A stretch of 63,918 bases of DNA, filler included. It is 4 parts of 4 records of this genome, joined end to end, with 100 filler letters (N's around TTAATTAATTAA, not from the genome) between each part and the next. Parts side by side here need not be neighbours in the genome. Positions count along the whole stretch, not along the records: positions 26,061 to 43,566 come from SRR31156797_193; 3 more parts are not named here. The stretch is one strand, 5' to 3'. A model generated the notes under the pieces. The model was not told where the DNA came from. It searched no databases and saw nothing but the letters and a program-made list of their open reading frames with translations. Positions 27,721 to 41,720 of this stretch are shown here, one piece after another. Position 1 is the first letter of the stretch. The number at the start of each line of letters is the position of its first letter. A program made the translations under genes and the position numbers.

Positions 27721-30700
27721 GTATTCTCTCCATGGCCACCTTTAATCAAATCATTACCTAGCCCAGATATGATAGTATTATTATCTTCGTTTGAGAAAAT
27801 AAGGTTATCATTTTCATCCCCAGTAACTGTACTATTGCCATCTGATATAATGATTAAATTATTGGTATCTAACTTAGTTCCATCATAGAACTCAAAAAAT
27901 TCTATTTTAGATTTACTTTGCATGAAACCTTTTATTGTAATTTTATCAGAAAATTCCTCAAAAACTTTAAATTCTTCTTCAAGCCCAATGATTAAATCAT
28001 CTCCATTTATCTGCATAACTAAATCCTTAATATTGATACTTTTACCAAATTTAATAGTGTCGATTCCTGGGTTATCATACCTCGAATGTACTATATTTGA
28101 AGCTAAATCTGATATTATATCTTGACCGTCCCCTCTATTATATAAATATACATCATTTCCAAAACCACCTTCAAGAATATCACTCCCAAAACCACCTTCA
28201 AGAATATCATTATTATCACCAGTAATAATAATATTATCACCAGTATTACCAGATAAAAGTTCAAATTCTCGATAGTCTAAAACAGTTCCGTCGCTAAATT
28301 CGAATCTCTCAATTCGCCTTTTATCATTCATTTGATTTAGTATTGTTACTTTGTCTTTAAGGTTATCAAAATGAATGTTTTCTTCAACGATACCAATAAT
28401 CAAATTTTCATTGGAAATTTTAACAACTATATTTTCTTTTGTAATACCTTCACCAAATGAAAGTAAATCATTTCCCATGTCGTTATTTGATTTAAAGTAA
28501 CTAATGGAAGTATCATGAATTATATCAATTCCATCTCCTAAATTGAATATATATTTGTCATTATCTTCACCACCATATAAAATATCATTCCCTTTACCTC
28601 CATATAAAACATCATTTCCTTTGTACGCTACAAGAGTGTCATTATCATCATTTCCATTTAAGACATCATCTGAACTTGAGGCCTTTAATAAATCATCTCC
28701 CGAACCTCCATTGAGTATTCCTGGTTGGTATACTAAAATCACATCGTCTCCATTACCGCCATTGATTGTTGAAATCTCTCGAGGATTCCAATAACTAGAG
28801 ATAGTTAGTTTATCGTTTCCATCTTCTAAATTTAGGTTGACTGGTTCATGGAGATAAATATGATCATTATCATTTGTACATAATAGACTTAAAATATCTT
28901 CATATGAAAGAGAGTCTCCATTAGAAAATTCTAAACTTGCTTTACCTAAATAATTTATAATTATTTTATCAGATAAATCATCAAATGATTTTCCAGGTTC
29001 TTTTAAACCAATAATAATACTATAATCATTAGCTGAAGATAAGTTTCTTTGGGTTTTTACTATTAAGTTATCCTTCGTAATGTTTCCTGTAAAAATAATT
29101 TTACTTCCATCATGTAACCACTTTATTACATCTTTTCCATCGCCAGAACTGTATATAAAGGTGTTAGTTTTTCCATATACATCCAAAATATCATTTCCTT
29201 TTCCTCCTTCAATAGTAAGATTGTTATAATAATTTTCACCTGAGATATTATCATTTCCATTCCCACCATTGATTTGTTCGATATCATTATTTATTAGGAT
29301 TAAATCATCACTATCGGTTGGAGTAATAAACAATGTCTCTCCCCATAATAAAGAACTGTTGTTTTCTAACTTTAGCAATTCTGAAATACCAAGTCTAGTT
29401 CCTGATGCAAATTCAACAGTAAATGATTCAGGGTTAGATGAAAGGTTTATTAAAACTTTATCTGTAATATCTTCGAGAGTGAGAGAACTATTTTTAATAC
29501 CAATAAGTAGCTTTTTTTCTTCAAATAGGTTTATAATCAAATCATCAGGGGTAATTCCTTGTCCAAACTTTAAAGTATCTGAATCCCATGCATTCTTTAT
29601 TTCATCTCTTCCATCACCCTTGTTGAATAAATAAGTGTCATTTCCCCAGTTTCCTATTAAAATATCATTTCCTGCATCACCTTTTAAAATATCATTTCCT
29701 GCATCACCTTCTAAAATATCGTTTGATGTTGATCCAATTAAAAAATCATCATGACTAGTTCCAATAATTCTACCAGCTTTAGAGGCATCAAGAGCTAAAT
29801 CAGTGTTTTTGCCTAAGACATGAGGTAATTCCAATAGTTTTTTTAAACTAAGAATTTCATCATTGACAAATTCGAAAGATATAAATTCAGTGTTAGTTTC
29901 ATAGTATTTTGAGGTTTCTCTGAAAACAATAAAATCACTTAATTCTTGAATATGTTTATTTTCCTCTTTTAAATACACAATAATATCACGATTATGAAAA
30001 TCAACAATAATGTCATTTTTAGAAATATTTTCTCCAAATTTTAAAATATTTGTTCCCGAATCATCTTCCTCAATTATATTTTTACCATCACCACGATTAT
30101 AAATATGTGTTGTTGAAGCACTCACACTCACTATATAATCATTTCCTTTTCCCGAATTTATTATTGCATTCTCAACACCAGAATAATTAATACCGTGCAA
30201 TTGAATACTATCATCTCCAGCGCCAGTATTAACCTCTTGCCCTTCCTCTGCAGATTCAATAATTTTCCCAGATGAATAACGAGGGTAAAATTTAAAAAAA
30301 TCTGATCTATGAATTCTTTCACCCGACTCAAACTCTAAATATTCGACTGTATAATCAACCCAGCTTTTTTTGCAACTTATTTTGTCCAGAAGCCGTTCAA
30401 AACTCTTTCCATCTTCTTTTATTGCAAAAGTAAGAATATCGATTTCAGTTTCTTTTATCCAAATATCATCTGGAGATATTCCAATTCCAAATTTGATTGT
30501 ATCAAATTTGGAGTTACTAACTGGGTTTATGATGACATCTTGTCCATCACCACGATTAAAAATATAAATATCTTCAAAAGAGCTTCCATATAAGTAATCG
30601 TTTCCCTCTCCGCCAACAAAAATACTATTAGAAGAAGCTTTTAGAGTGTCATCACCAGCTTCGCCATAGATTTCATTATTACCTCTTGAGGCTGCTATAA

Positions 30701-33700
30701 TATCATTTCCGTCTCCACCTTTAATAATATCGTCTCCAAACCCTGTTTGAATGTAATTATCAAGAGCATTGGCTTCTAATAAAATATCATCCCACTCGTT
30801 TTCGAAAAAATAATAAATATCAGAAGGTGAACTGAATACTTGAGGTCTAAACTCTAATCCAGAATTCAGTTTATAATTAAAAGATAAATTTCTTCCATTA
30901 TTTTTATTAAAAATCATTCTGCTTTTAGTTTCAAGTAAAGGGATGTTTTTTTCTTTTAGTAAGATGGTAAAGGCATTTTCGTCTTCTAAAACATATATTT
31001 CATCTTTTGTAATTCCTTCACCAAATATTATTTCATTAAATGATGTATTATTTATTTCATCAATCCCATCTCCACGATTATAAATATAAACATTTGATTT
31101 AACCCCTCCATAAATAATATCATTTCCTTCACCACCTTCAATAATACTTCCATCTGCATAAATAATATCATTTCCTTTTTCTCCATGAATAGTGTTTGAA
31201 GAATAATTCTTCGAATAGATAGTATCCTCTCCTGTTCCAGCATAAACAATGGAGTTATTTTTATGAAGAATAATTGTATCATTTCCAGAAAGAGAATAGA
31301 TAGGATTATTAGTGATAATATCAAAAAAATCATTACTATCTGATAATTGCAAATTAACTATATCATCGTATTCAAGCTCTTGCCCGTCATTGAATGTAAA
31401 TACTTCAATTTTATCATGAGATTCGTTTTGAATAGTAATTTTTTGTGAAAGATTTTCAAAATCGACACCTTCCTCTTTAATTCCAAGCACTAGTTGCTTC
31501 CCTTCAGTCCTAGCGATAATATCATTTGGAGAAATATTTTCTCCAAATTGAATCACATCGTTGTCTCCGCCATAATCATAAATAAAATCTTTTCCATCAT
31601 CCTTATTGAAAATGTAAACATCATTGCCATATCCACCATAAAGGAAATCATTTTCTGTTCCACCAACCAAGATATCATTTCCATAAGAGCTTTCTAAAAC
31701 ATCATTTCCGCTACCAGCATCTATATAGTCATTTTTCTGTCCAGAACGTATTGAGTCATCACCACTACCGCTATTTATTGTGTACTCAGTATTCCCCCCA
31801 ACTAAAATTGTATCATTCCCCTCTAAAGTATTGATAGTAGAAATATTGCTGAATGAGAAATAATCATCGTTTTCTGTTTGATATAAATTTGCTAAATCAG
31901 AGTAAGTTAATTCCTGTCCATCATCAAATATGATTTTTTCAATTGAAGAGAGATTAACTTCAATTTTATCTGATAACTCTTCAAAGTTTTTCTCTTCTTC
32001 TTTTATAGCTAAAATCAATTTATGCTTGTTGTTATCAACTATGGCAATTATATCACTGACTCTAATGCCTTGACCAAATTTTATGATATCATTACTTCCG
32101 CCATGATCATCAATATAATCCTGCCCATCTCCTCTGTTAAATATATATGTATTATTTCCCCAATATGTTGTAATCTCATCAGAACCTAAGCCACTGTTAA
32201 TTATATTTTCTGAAGTTTTTGTAACTATAATGTCACCATTTTTTGTTCCTTGAATATTATAGTTGATTGAATCAAATATAATATTCTGTTTCTCATTTAA
32301 AATTTGGTAAATATCTTCTATAGTTAGATTTTTTCCATCATAAAATTCAATTCGTTCTATTTGATAATAAAAATTTATGAAATCGGATATGATAAGTTTG
32401 TCACTATAACTATTAAAATCTTTACTTTCTTCTATTAAAGCAATAATTAAGTCATCATTAATAAGTTTTAGTTCAATATCATTTGCTGATATTCCTGCTC
32501 CCAGTTGAATAAAACTTAAAGAGTTTGTACGAATAATATCCTGTCCATCTCCACGATTAAATAAAATTTTATTTGCACCAGAGACATCTATAATCGTGTC
32601 ATTTCCAAGGCCTCCAATGAAAGTATCATCACCATATTCTCCTTTAATCGTGTCATCACCGGCATAACCCAAAATAATATCATCATCACTAGAACCAACT
32701 AATGTGTCATCAGATGAAGTTCCTTCTAAAAGTAAACCTATTTCATCTAATTCTCTTTTTTGAATTCTACCTCCATCAGCAAATACAATTTCCTTGAGTT
32801 TATATCCTCTATACCAATTTTCAAACGTTATAGTTGAATTATTAGTTGAGATACTTAGAATTAAATTGTCTTCATTTCGTGTAAAGTTTACATCCTCTTT
32901 TAGAATTCCGGAACCAAAAGATAAAACATCTCGCCATATAGAAGATAATTTAATAATGTCATTTCCATCTCCTAAAATATAGATATAAGTATTATAGCCA
33001 TAATTTCCTTCAATGACATCATTACCTCTTCCACCTTTGATAATATTATCCTCATCTCCAGTTATAATGTGGTCATCTCCATCTAAACCTTGAATAATTT
33101 TTTCAGATTCAAATATTATTTCATCATTATTATTTGAATTAATATTTTCTAAAACGATTTTTTCCAAATCAATTTTAGTTCCATTAAAGAATTCTAAATA
33201 TTCTATTCTCATGCTTATAGTATTAAAATTTTCAATAATAATTTTATCTGTTAATTCATCAAACGTTTTTCCATTGTCCTTAATTCCAATTGTTAAATTA
33301 GGTGTTTCGTATTTAAATATAATATCTTCTTCTTTTATATTTTCGCCTAATCTAATTATATCACTTCCAGAATGTCTATAAATATTATTTCTCTCATCAT
33401 GAGAACCTTTTATGTACTTGGCATCATATATAGTATTTATTCCATCGCCTATATTAAAAATATAAGTATCATTACCCGAACCTCCTTCTAAGAAATCATT
33501 TCCACTTCCTCCTTCCAAAAGATCATTTCCTGAATTACCTTGTAATATGTCATCTCCTTCTAATCCATAAAGTTTATCGTCTTCGTAATCAACTCCGGAT
33601 ATAATATCATTCTCAAAAGTTCCTATCCGAGTTAAACCAATTTCATTTAACTCTTCTCTAGTAAATTCTTCTCCACTTTCAAAAATAATTTTACTTAATT

Positions 33701-36700
33701 TGTAACCCTCGTACCAATTCCCAATAATAACTTTATCATTCGAATTAGATAAATAAACAACTAAATTAGTGCCTTCACGAGCAATAGATATATTCTCCTT
33801 AACAATTCCTTCTCCAAATATTAATGTATCTTGCGCATCTCTTGCTACTCTGATTGTATCAGTACCATCTCCAAGATTATACACATATGTATTATTTCCA
33901 TTTCCTCCTTGAACTAGGTCATCTCCTAAACCTGCAATAATAGTATCATTTCCATTATTTCCATCAATAATGTCATCTCCATCAAACCCAAATATTTCCT
34001 CCGATTCATTTGTTCCAATCAATAGATTATCAGCATCAGTTCCTAAAATTGAATTGACAGAAAAATATTCAAATAAAAGTTTATCACTTTCCTTTAATGA
34101 ATTTTGTTGAACAAAAGAATTTAATCCTAATTTATAGAAATTATCCATAAATTGATCTAATTTTTTATTTCCTTCTATCTCATTAGTATTAATTAAATTT
34201 GTAATCTCTTTAGCTACATTAGATAAATCCATTTTAATTTCATCATCAACCATAGTAAATCTTACATTTTTGTATAGTTCTTTGAACTCTGTTTGCGAAA
34301 GTAATCTGTTATACACATATTTAGTTAATTCATCAAAAGTTTGTAATAAATATGGAGCTGCTTGCCCATGAGGATTTGGATCCTTCTCTCCCCAGCACCA
34401 TATTCCCATATAGTCTTCTCCAAAGAACTCCTCTAAAGCTTCTAATTTTCGAGCATCTCCTATAACATTTCCATATATCCTAGAAGCTTCTCTACTGTTT
34501 GGATCAATATCCTGTACCCCGGTCCAATGATAAACTATATCAGTAACAATATTCTTTTTGGTATATTCATTTGTTTCATTTTCAAATTGCATTACAAGAG
34601 CTTGCAATTCACCGGAAGAATCTCTTAACATTGCTTGACGTAAGCTATGAACATTTCCAAACCCTTTAATATCGGGAAGGCCTTTTATTTCTTCTGTTTC
34701 ATCTAAAGGAGAGGTTGATATTGTATCAAATTTATTTGAATCAAACCAAACATCGTGTATCTCGTTAACAGATCCATCACTTTTATTAAAAGTTGATATT
34801 TGTTTATGCGCATTTCCATTTTCATCTATTAATGAAGAGTTAGAATATGATGTTGATATTGATTTAACACCTGCTTCGCTTAGTGATATTAATTCATTGC
34901 CTTCATTTATTCCATTGTGATTAGTATCTTTCCACACTTTTAGCTGATTAAATTCAGTATCTTGAGAATCAATTACTCCATCGTTATTTGAATCTAAATC
35001 TTTAAGGGCTTCAAACCCATTTGAAGCTTTTTTTCCACTACTTAATAATGTATTATCTCCAAAAAGTTCCGTTCCATTATTAATTATTCCATCACCATTT
35101 CTATCATAAACCAATAGTCCATCTTCTTCGTTTATCCAAGCTGTTTTTTCAGCTAATCCATTATTATCGTGATCAAAGTATACTCCGTTATCAGCCGTTG
35201 AAGTCTTAACTCCATCTCCATTAAGGTCCAAAACAAGTGGAGATCTTTTTGTTTCTGCGGATTTAAATAAACTATAGAGTCTATCCATTAAATCTTTAAA
35301 TGAGTTGTCGGCAAGCATCTCTTGAGCTTTTTCATAGCTTATTAAAGTAATTCCTAAATTTGACGTTTTTTCATTTAATGAAACATTTAAGTTAAATCCA
35401 TTACCAGTAATTGTTCCAGCAGAGTATTTTATTTTATTTTCATTGTAATAAACTTTTTCATCTTTTTCTAACTGAACAAATTTTCCTCTCGCTCCTTCAA
35501 TTTTCCCCAAACCATCTGAATCAATAATTGTTCCTGTTTTCATTTTATAAGTATCAAAGTCACTACCTCCATAAGCTGTAGCGCCTTCAGTATTTACAAA
35601 AGTATCTTTTCCTTCTCCACCATATAAATTTCCACTACCTGATAACGTATCATTCCCATCTAGATACTCTATCCTTCCATCCTCTGATATTCCTGCATCA
35701 TCAGGATTTCCGTCACCATTAGGATCAGCGTTTTCATCCATTGTATAGTCACCATCACCATCATCATCAGAATCAAGATAATTTAAAAGTCCATCTCCAT
35801 CAGTATCTTCATTTAGTTCATATACATCAAATAGTCTGTCCCCATCAGAATCAATTTTTAGTTCGATACCAAGGTTACCATCTTTAAAATTTTCTATCGT
35901 AATTTGATCTCTACCATCAAAATTTAGAAGACTATGATCATAGTCGATAATCAAATCACCACTGTCTATATCGTACATATATGTATAACCATTTTCATCA
36001 TTATAAACAGTTTTAATACTATTACTATTTATTTTGTCATAAATTAGATTTTTACCGATAATACGACTATTTATTGATATTTGTCCATCGGTATCTTTAA
36101 TAGTATCTTGACCATCTCCATCATTAAATCTATAGATGTCATGTCCACCTTCACCAATTAAAACATCATTACCTTTTCCACCAATTAAAACATCACTTTC
36201 TTCGCCGGCTGAAATAGTATCTTGATCTTTTCCACCTAAGATTACGTCATTTCCATCTCCTGTATAAACTTCATTTACACCATCAAATCCAATTACAAAG
36301 TCATTTTGACTACTTGCGACTATTGTTTCATCATATTTTGTACCTAGCACAACTTCACTTGGTTTAATAAACACAGATTCATTATAATATTTATCAAAAG
36401 ATGCTTTTTGAATAATTATTTTTGCATCTGAAAGATCGCCATCGAACAAAGATGGGTTGTCATGATAAGTATCTTCAAAGTAGTTTTGTTGATTTTCTGT
36501 AAAAGTTTCACTTAATAAATCAATTTTTGATTCGCTTACAAATGAAACCGGAATAGAAATAACGTCTCCTTCTGTTAGTATTGAGTCAGCCAAATCAGCA
36601 AACGTGTAGTAGGCATTCTCATCAATAAGTAGTTTTGCTGCTAGATCAGAAGCAGTTTTTTCCCAATCCCCACAGTAGTAATTAAACACATTATCATTTA

Positions 36701-39700
36701 ATTTGATTCCACATACTCCATCAGTGAAATTTTCTATCAATATAGTATCTTCAGGTACACTGTTACTGTAGATAATTGTCAGTTGTTTAGTGCTCGCTTC
36801 ATAGGTATAGCTGTTTCTTTCAGCATCAATGTAGTATTTGTATTCACCAGGCATTGATTCGGATAGAGCCTTTAAATAGTAAATGTCTCCTTCAATAATA
36901 GTGTCGTTAATTGAAATTCTATCAACAATTTCAGCATCATGGATAGTATCTTGTCCATCTCCATCTTTAAAATAGAAGGTATCTTTTGCATTATCAGTAG
37001 TAGTACCCGTACCACCATATAGCTCATCGTTTCCTTTTCCACCAATCAGAATATCATTATTTTCTCCGGCGAAAATTGTATCTTTATCATCTCCACCAAG
37101 TATTACATCATTTCCAGCTCCGGCAGAGATTTCATTATTTACATTAAATGCAATAACTAAATCGTCTTTAACACTTCCATTAATTACTTCGTCAGATTTA
37201 GTTCCCAGAACAACAGAGCTAGGTGGTAAGGTAATATCTTCATCACAATATTTATCAAAGAATGCTTTTTGGATAATTATTTTGGCATTCCCATATCCAT
37301 CATTTTTATATTTATCAATATCTTCAAAATACATATTTTCAAAATATTCTATTTGTGAATCAGTAAGTTTGTTTTGTAAAGTATCAAATTTGTCAATACT
37401 AACTTCATTTAATAGAAAATATATAATATCTCCAGCTATTGGAGTTGTAGCTGAAGTTGATATTATTACAGGGTTAACAGGTAATAGAAAAGACTTTATA
37501 TCATTTTCCCAACCGCCGTATTTATAAGAAAATATATCTTTTTCTAATACAATTCCACCTTTTCCTGAGTCAAAGTTTTCAATTGTTATAAAATCTTGTG
37601 GTGTACTCTTACCATAAATAATATCTAATTGTTTTGTTGTAGTATTGTACGTATATTGACTTCCATTGATATCTTTATAATATTCAATATTAGGTGTTGA
37701 ATTTTTAGATTCTTCAACTAAATAGTAAGTAGTTCCAAGTTCAATATTATTAATTCGAATTCTATCTTTATTATCGATATCTTTAATGGTATCTTGTCCG
37801 TCGCCGTCTTTAAAATAGAAAATATCTTCTGCATTGTCAGCAGTTGTACCATCTCCACCATATAATGTATCATTACCTTTACCACCGAAGATATGGTCTT
37901 CTCCTGTACCACCATAAATAGTGTCCCCAGCGTCGGCATTTCCATGTGTTTCAGACCAAGTATTCACATCACCTGTTTGTTCATTTGCGTCTTGTCCCCA
38001 TCCAAAAATGTAGTCACTTCCTCCATTTCCTTCTAAGGTATCCGATGAATGTTTACCAAATAAAATATTGGAATTATCATTTCCTATTACTGGAAATAAG
38101 ATATCGTTAAGAGTCTCTTTTACATAGACCTCTCCTTCTTGTTCATAAAGGATTACAAAGCTTCCATCTGAAGCTATTCTACCTTTAAATTTATTTAGAT
38201 GTTCTTGTATATATGCAGAATCATAACCAATATTCTCAAATAAACTTTCACTCTCTGAAATCACATCATTACTTATTGCTAAATTTTTCATTCCTTTTAG
38301 TTCCATTAGCTCATCAAGAGAAACTTTCTCAACCCAATACTTTCTTTCAATTATCCCAGTATCAGTTGAAGGATGAATTAAAATGGAATTGGCAGATTCA
38401 TATAATACAGATAACTCTTCCTTGATAACATTAACATACTCAACTAATGTATCATTTGTTGTTTGGTTTATTTGATTAATATTGAGGTCTAATTTTAAAC
38501 TTAAGTCCTCAGCTGAATATGATAAAATCGGTGTTTCTGTATAAAAAGGATTCTCAGGCTTTTCAAAAGTCATATTTTCCTTTTTTAAGTCATTTTTATA
38601 TTTTTCAAACTTTTCCTCATTATAAAAAATGTAATAATTCAACTTTACATTATCTTCGTTAGAGTTTGCTAGCAAATATTCTTTAATATTTGATTTTGAT
38701 CCTATTACATGGTCTATCTTCGAAAATTCAGTCTTTTCTCGTACTTCTCGGCTAACTGGTTGCAAAGTCATAATGTCAGGTGTATCATAAATTAAGGCTT
38801 TTGCTCCACCAATTATACCTGGAGCATCAATACTTATTTGCAATATTACTTCATGATGTTCACTACTTATATAAAATTTTCTATACCCCATATATCTATT
38901 AGTCAAATCATAATTCGTTCGTAATTTTTTAGTTAAATCTTTACTTGAACTTTTGAAAATTTCTTCTGCCGTTTCCCCTTTAAGAAAATTTTCTTTTGTA
39001 ATCTTTACAAAGTTTTTTATATGGTCATATCTTGCTTCAACGTCTGAGTTTTCACTATATACCTCACTCCAATTCAACTCCATGTATTCGTTCAAAGCAT
39101 CTTTTAGTCTGTCGGTAAGTACACCTGCAATACTCTGAGCTGCCAAAATTAAACCAGTACCTGCTGCACTTTTTGCTTTACTTAATGATTTACAATTATC
39201 AATCCCAAGTTTCATAAGTTTTCCCATAAGTTCTGCTGATAACTTATTTATAGCCATGTATCCAACACGATAAACCATAATTTGATCTGCGGTTAATGGG
39301 GCTCCAGCTTCATTCTTCTCATCAATTCTCTCTTTTAACATATTATAAGTTGGAGCTGTTATAGAGAAAAAGGTTCCAGCAAATTCTAAAAACTTAGTCG
39401 CTATAGTACTGATATGATCAGACAGTCCCAGAGTAGTAAATGAAAGAACTTTTGACATTAAATGTTTTTCATTTGAGCTTGTTAAGCTAGTTATTGAAGA
39501 GATAAAAGTTAGTGCGAAATCAGCTGTATTTATTAAAGTTTCAATTGCGTACTCCTCAGCTTCTTTTTCGGCAACATTCATAATTGCTTCTTGTTCATCA
39601 ATGAAGGCTTGAACTTCTTCTGAACTAGTAAAACTATAAAGAAATTGATACCCTTCATCTTCCTCTCCTCCAACAAAAATCATAACTTCAAGCTTGTTAT

Positions 39701-39752
39701 ATGGATTTATTATATATAATGGTTTTGTTTCCTGTGGTATATTAGTTGTCAT
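26061..39752 (-). CDS. Giant RTX Ca2+-binding repeat protein with FrpC-like self-processing module; 3' end truncated by contig end
   Basis: 4564 sequenced codons open; dozens of GGxGxDxL nonapeptides with YxFNxGDGxDxI spacers; SPLVLDLNGDG...ELFGD module; no Sec signal, consistent with type I secretion. Confidence 0.92.
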
Positions 39753-40812
39753 TTAAAGCTCCTCCCTTAATTTTTATTTCTTTATATTTATAGTCACGGC
39801 TAAATTTAAAACCTTTTCCTGAATCATATATTTTTTTCCGCTCACTTGTACTGTCTGTAAATATTGCTCCTGAAAAAACATGGTCTAAATCTTTTGTAAG
39901 TAAACCATATTCATCATATTCATAAGTTAGCAAATGTTTAATAGAGTTATCTTCATTATGTATTTCTAATCTTATGATTCTATCAAACTCATCATAATTA
40001 ATAGTTCTTTTATTTTGAAATTTAATTTTACCATCACCATCTTTGTTTTCTGAAAAAATTAGATTCCCATGCTCATCATTAATTCCTTTCCAATAAGAAA
40101 TAATCTTTTCATCTTTGGAAGTGATATCAATTCTTTCATTTAATTTTGAATTATATTGACTTTCAATAATTAATGTTGAATTTTTCTTTTTGTTTTCAGA
40201 TATTACTTTTATTTCTCTTTTTTCACTATCGTAAAAATAATTAGTGTTGTTATGTTGAATAGCATTTTTTTTATAATGCTCAATTTTTAAACCTAAATTA
40301 TTATATTTATAACTTTCATATGAAACAGTTATGGTTTTTCCATTTTTTAATTTTTGATACTCTTTTTTTTCAAGTAAATTTGAATTTTCATCAAACTTTT
40401 GTTCTAAAAATTGTTCTTGAGTTAGTTTTTTCTTCTTATTGTAGTTTCTCACAATTTTTAATGTTTGATTCCCACTTTCATCATACTCATAGCTTGTCAT
40501 GGTTTTTACTCCATACTTTTCACTAACTTTCTCCTTCTTAACAAGTTGATTTTTTTTGTCATAGAAAAAATCAATTGTATACATTAATTTGTTATTTGGG
40601 AACCTTTTTACCTCTTTTATTTTTCTTCCATAGTCGTCATATTCAAATTTTGCTAATGCTGTTTTTTCATCATTCTCATATAAAGTTAATTCTGCTAATA
40701 CACGTTTTGTTATTAAATTAGCATTTTGACTTGCCTGTTCTTCTGAACCACAACCTGCTAATAGAAGTTGTAGTATTAATATCAGCAACAGTCCTTTAAT
40801 CCATTTTTTCAT
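39742..40812 (-). CDS. Basic lipoprotein with YD-like repeats, overlapping the RTX start
   Basis: ATG 40812 (MKKWIKG; ORF track 40839); lipobox LAGC; FEYDDYGR, YEYDESGN, YEYDEYG; 11-bp overlap with the RTX gene. Confidence 0.8.
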   Translation of the reverse strand: MKKWIKGLLLILILQLLLAGCGSEEQASQNANLITKRVLAELTLYENDEKTALAKFEYDDYGRKIKEVKRFPNNKLMYTIDFFYDKKNQLVKKEKVSEKYGVKTMTSYEYDESGNQTLKIVRNYNKKKKLTQEQFLEQKFDENSNLLEKKEYQKLKNGKTITVSYESYKYNNLGLKIEHYKKNAIQHNNTNYFYDSEKREIKVISENKKKNSTLIIESQYNSKLNERIDITSKDEKIISYWKGINDEHGNLIFSENKDGDGKIKFQNKRTINYDEFDRIIRLEIHNEDNSIKHLLTYEYDEYGLLTKDLDHVFSGAIFTDSTSERKKIYDSGKGFKFSRDYKYKEIKIKGGALNDN

Positions 40813-40955
40813 CTCTTTTATTTCTCCCTTCGTAGTCAATACTTTCTTAAATTATAACTTAATTTAAGGTATCACTTGTTTTTTTATGTTATAATTCCCT
40901 TTCAATTCCCCGCACCTCCTTTTAATTAAATTGAAAATTTATAATTGAAATTATT

Positions 40956-41687
40956 TTATGCAGATTCAATTACAGGTTCTTTTATTCTCTTATAAAAATA
41001 AAAGAATGTCAGTGTCCATATCATTAAGCCCAAGCTTTCAAAAGCAACATCATATAATTGAATAGTAAATGTTTTTTCAATCATGACTTCTGTAAGTATT
41101 TCATTTAAATAGTTTGTTTCATAATCAAAGATTAGTGATTTTAGCTTTAATTGTCCAAAATATCCAATTACAAAAAATATTTGCAAGCCCAAAGAGTTAT
41201 AGAATAGTTCCCATGCCTTTCCCTTTGTCATTTCAAAACTCTTTTTCAATGCTTCAATTGGATTTAGTTTCTCCTCAATCAGAATATAAATTGCCATTGA
41301 AGATTTAGTCGAAATGATGATAGTTAATATTATTCCGACAATAAGCCCTAAAATAGGAATTATCGCTAGGAATAACGGTACAAGTACGATTACTCCAATT
41401 ATTGCGTATAAAATAACTGCATAAATGAAAGTTTTAGGTGTAAAAAATTCTACAAAATAATCCAAATTAACTTTTTCATCTTCAAACCACTTTAGCGCAA
41501 ATACTATCAAAGTTAATCCTCCGATTGAACTTACAATAGCTGTTGAGATTATCGTAGGAAGACCCCAAAATTCTAGTAATGGTCCTAATGCTAGCTGTGA
41601 TAAAACAAATAATGCTAAAATCAACACTACTGCTCCATAGTTTTTAATTATTTTCTTAAACGTAAAAAATAATGCTTCAAATATCAT
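40956..41687 (-). CDS. Integral membrane protein (DUF975-like)
   Basis: About 5-6 hydrophobic segments; NPIEALKKSFEMTKGKAWELF motif. Confidence 0.7.
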   Translation of the reverse strand: MIFEALFFTFKKIIKNYGAVVLILALFVLSQLALGPLLEFWGLPTIISTAIVSSIGGLTLIVFALKWFEDEKVNLDYFVEFFTPKTFIYAVILYAIIGVIVLVPLFLAIIPILGLIVGIILTIIISTKSSMAIYILIEEKLNPIEALKKSFEMTKGKAWELFYNSLGLQIFFVIGYFGQLKLKSLIFDYETNYLNEILTEVMIEKTFTIQLYDVAFESLGLMIWTLTFFYFYKRIKEPVIESA

Positions 41688-41720
41688 ACTTTTTCCTCTC
41701 CCTTGTTTTTATATTTTTCT

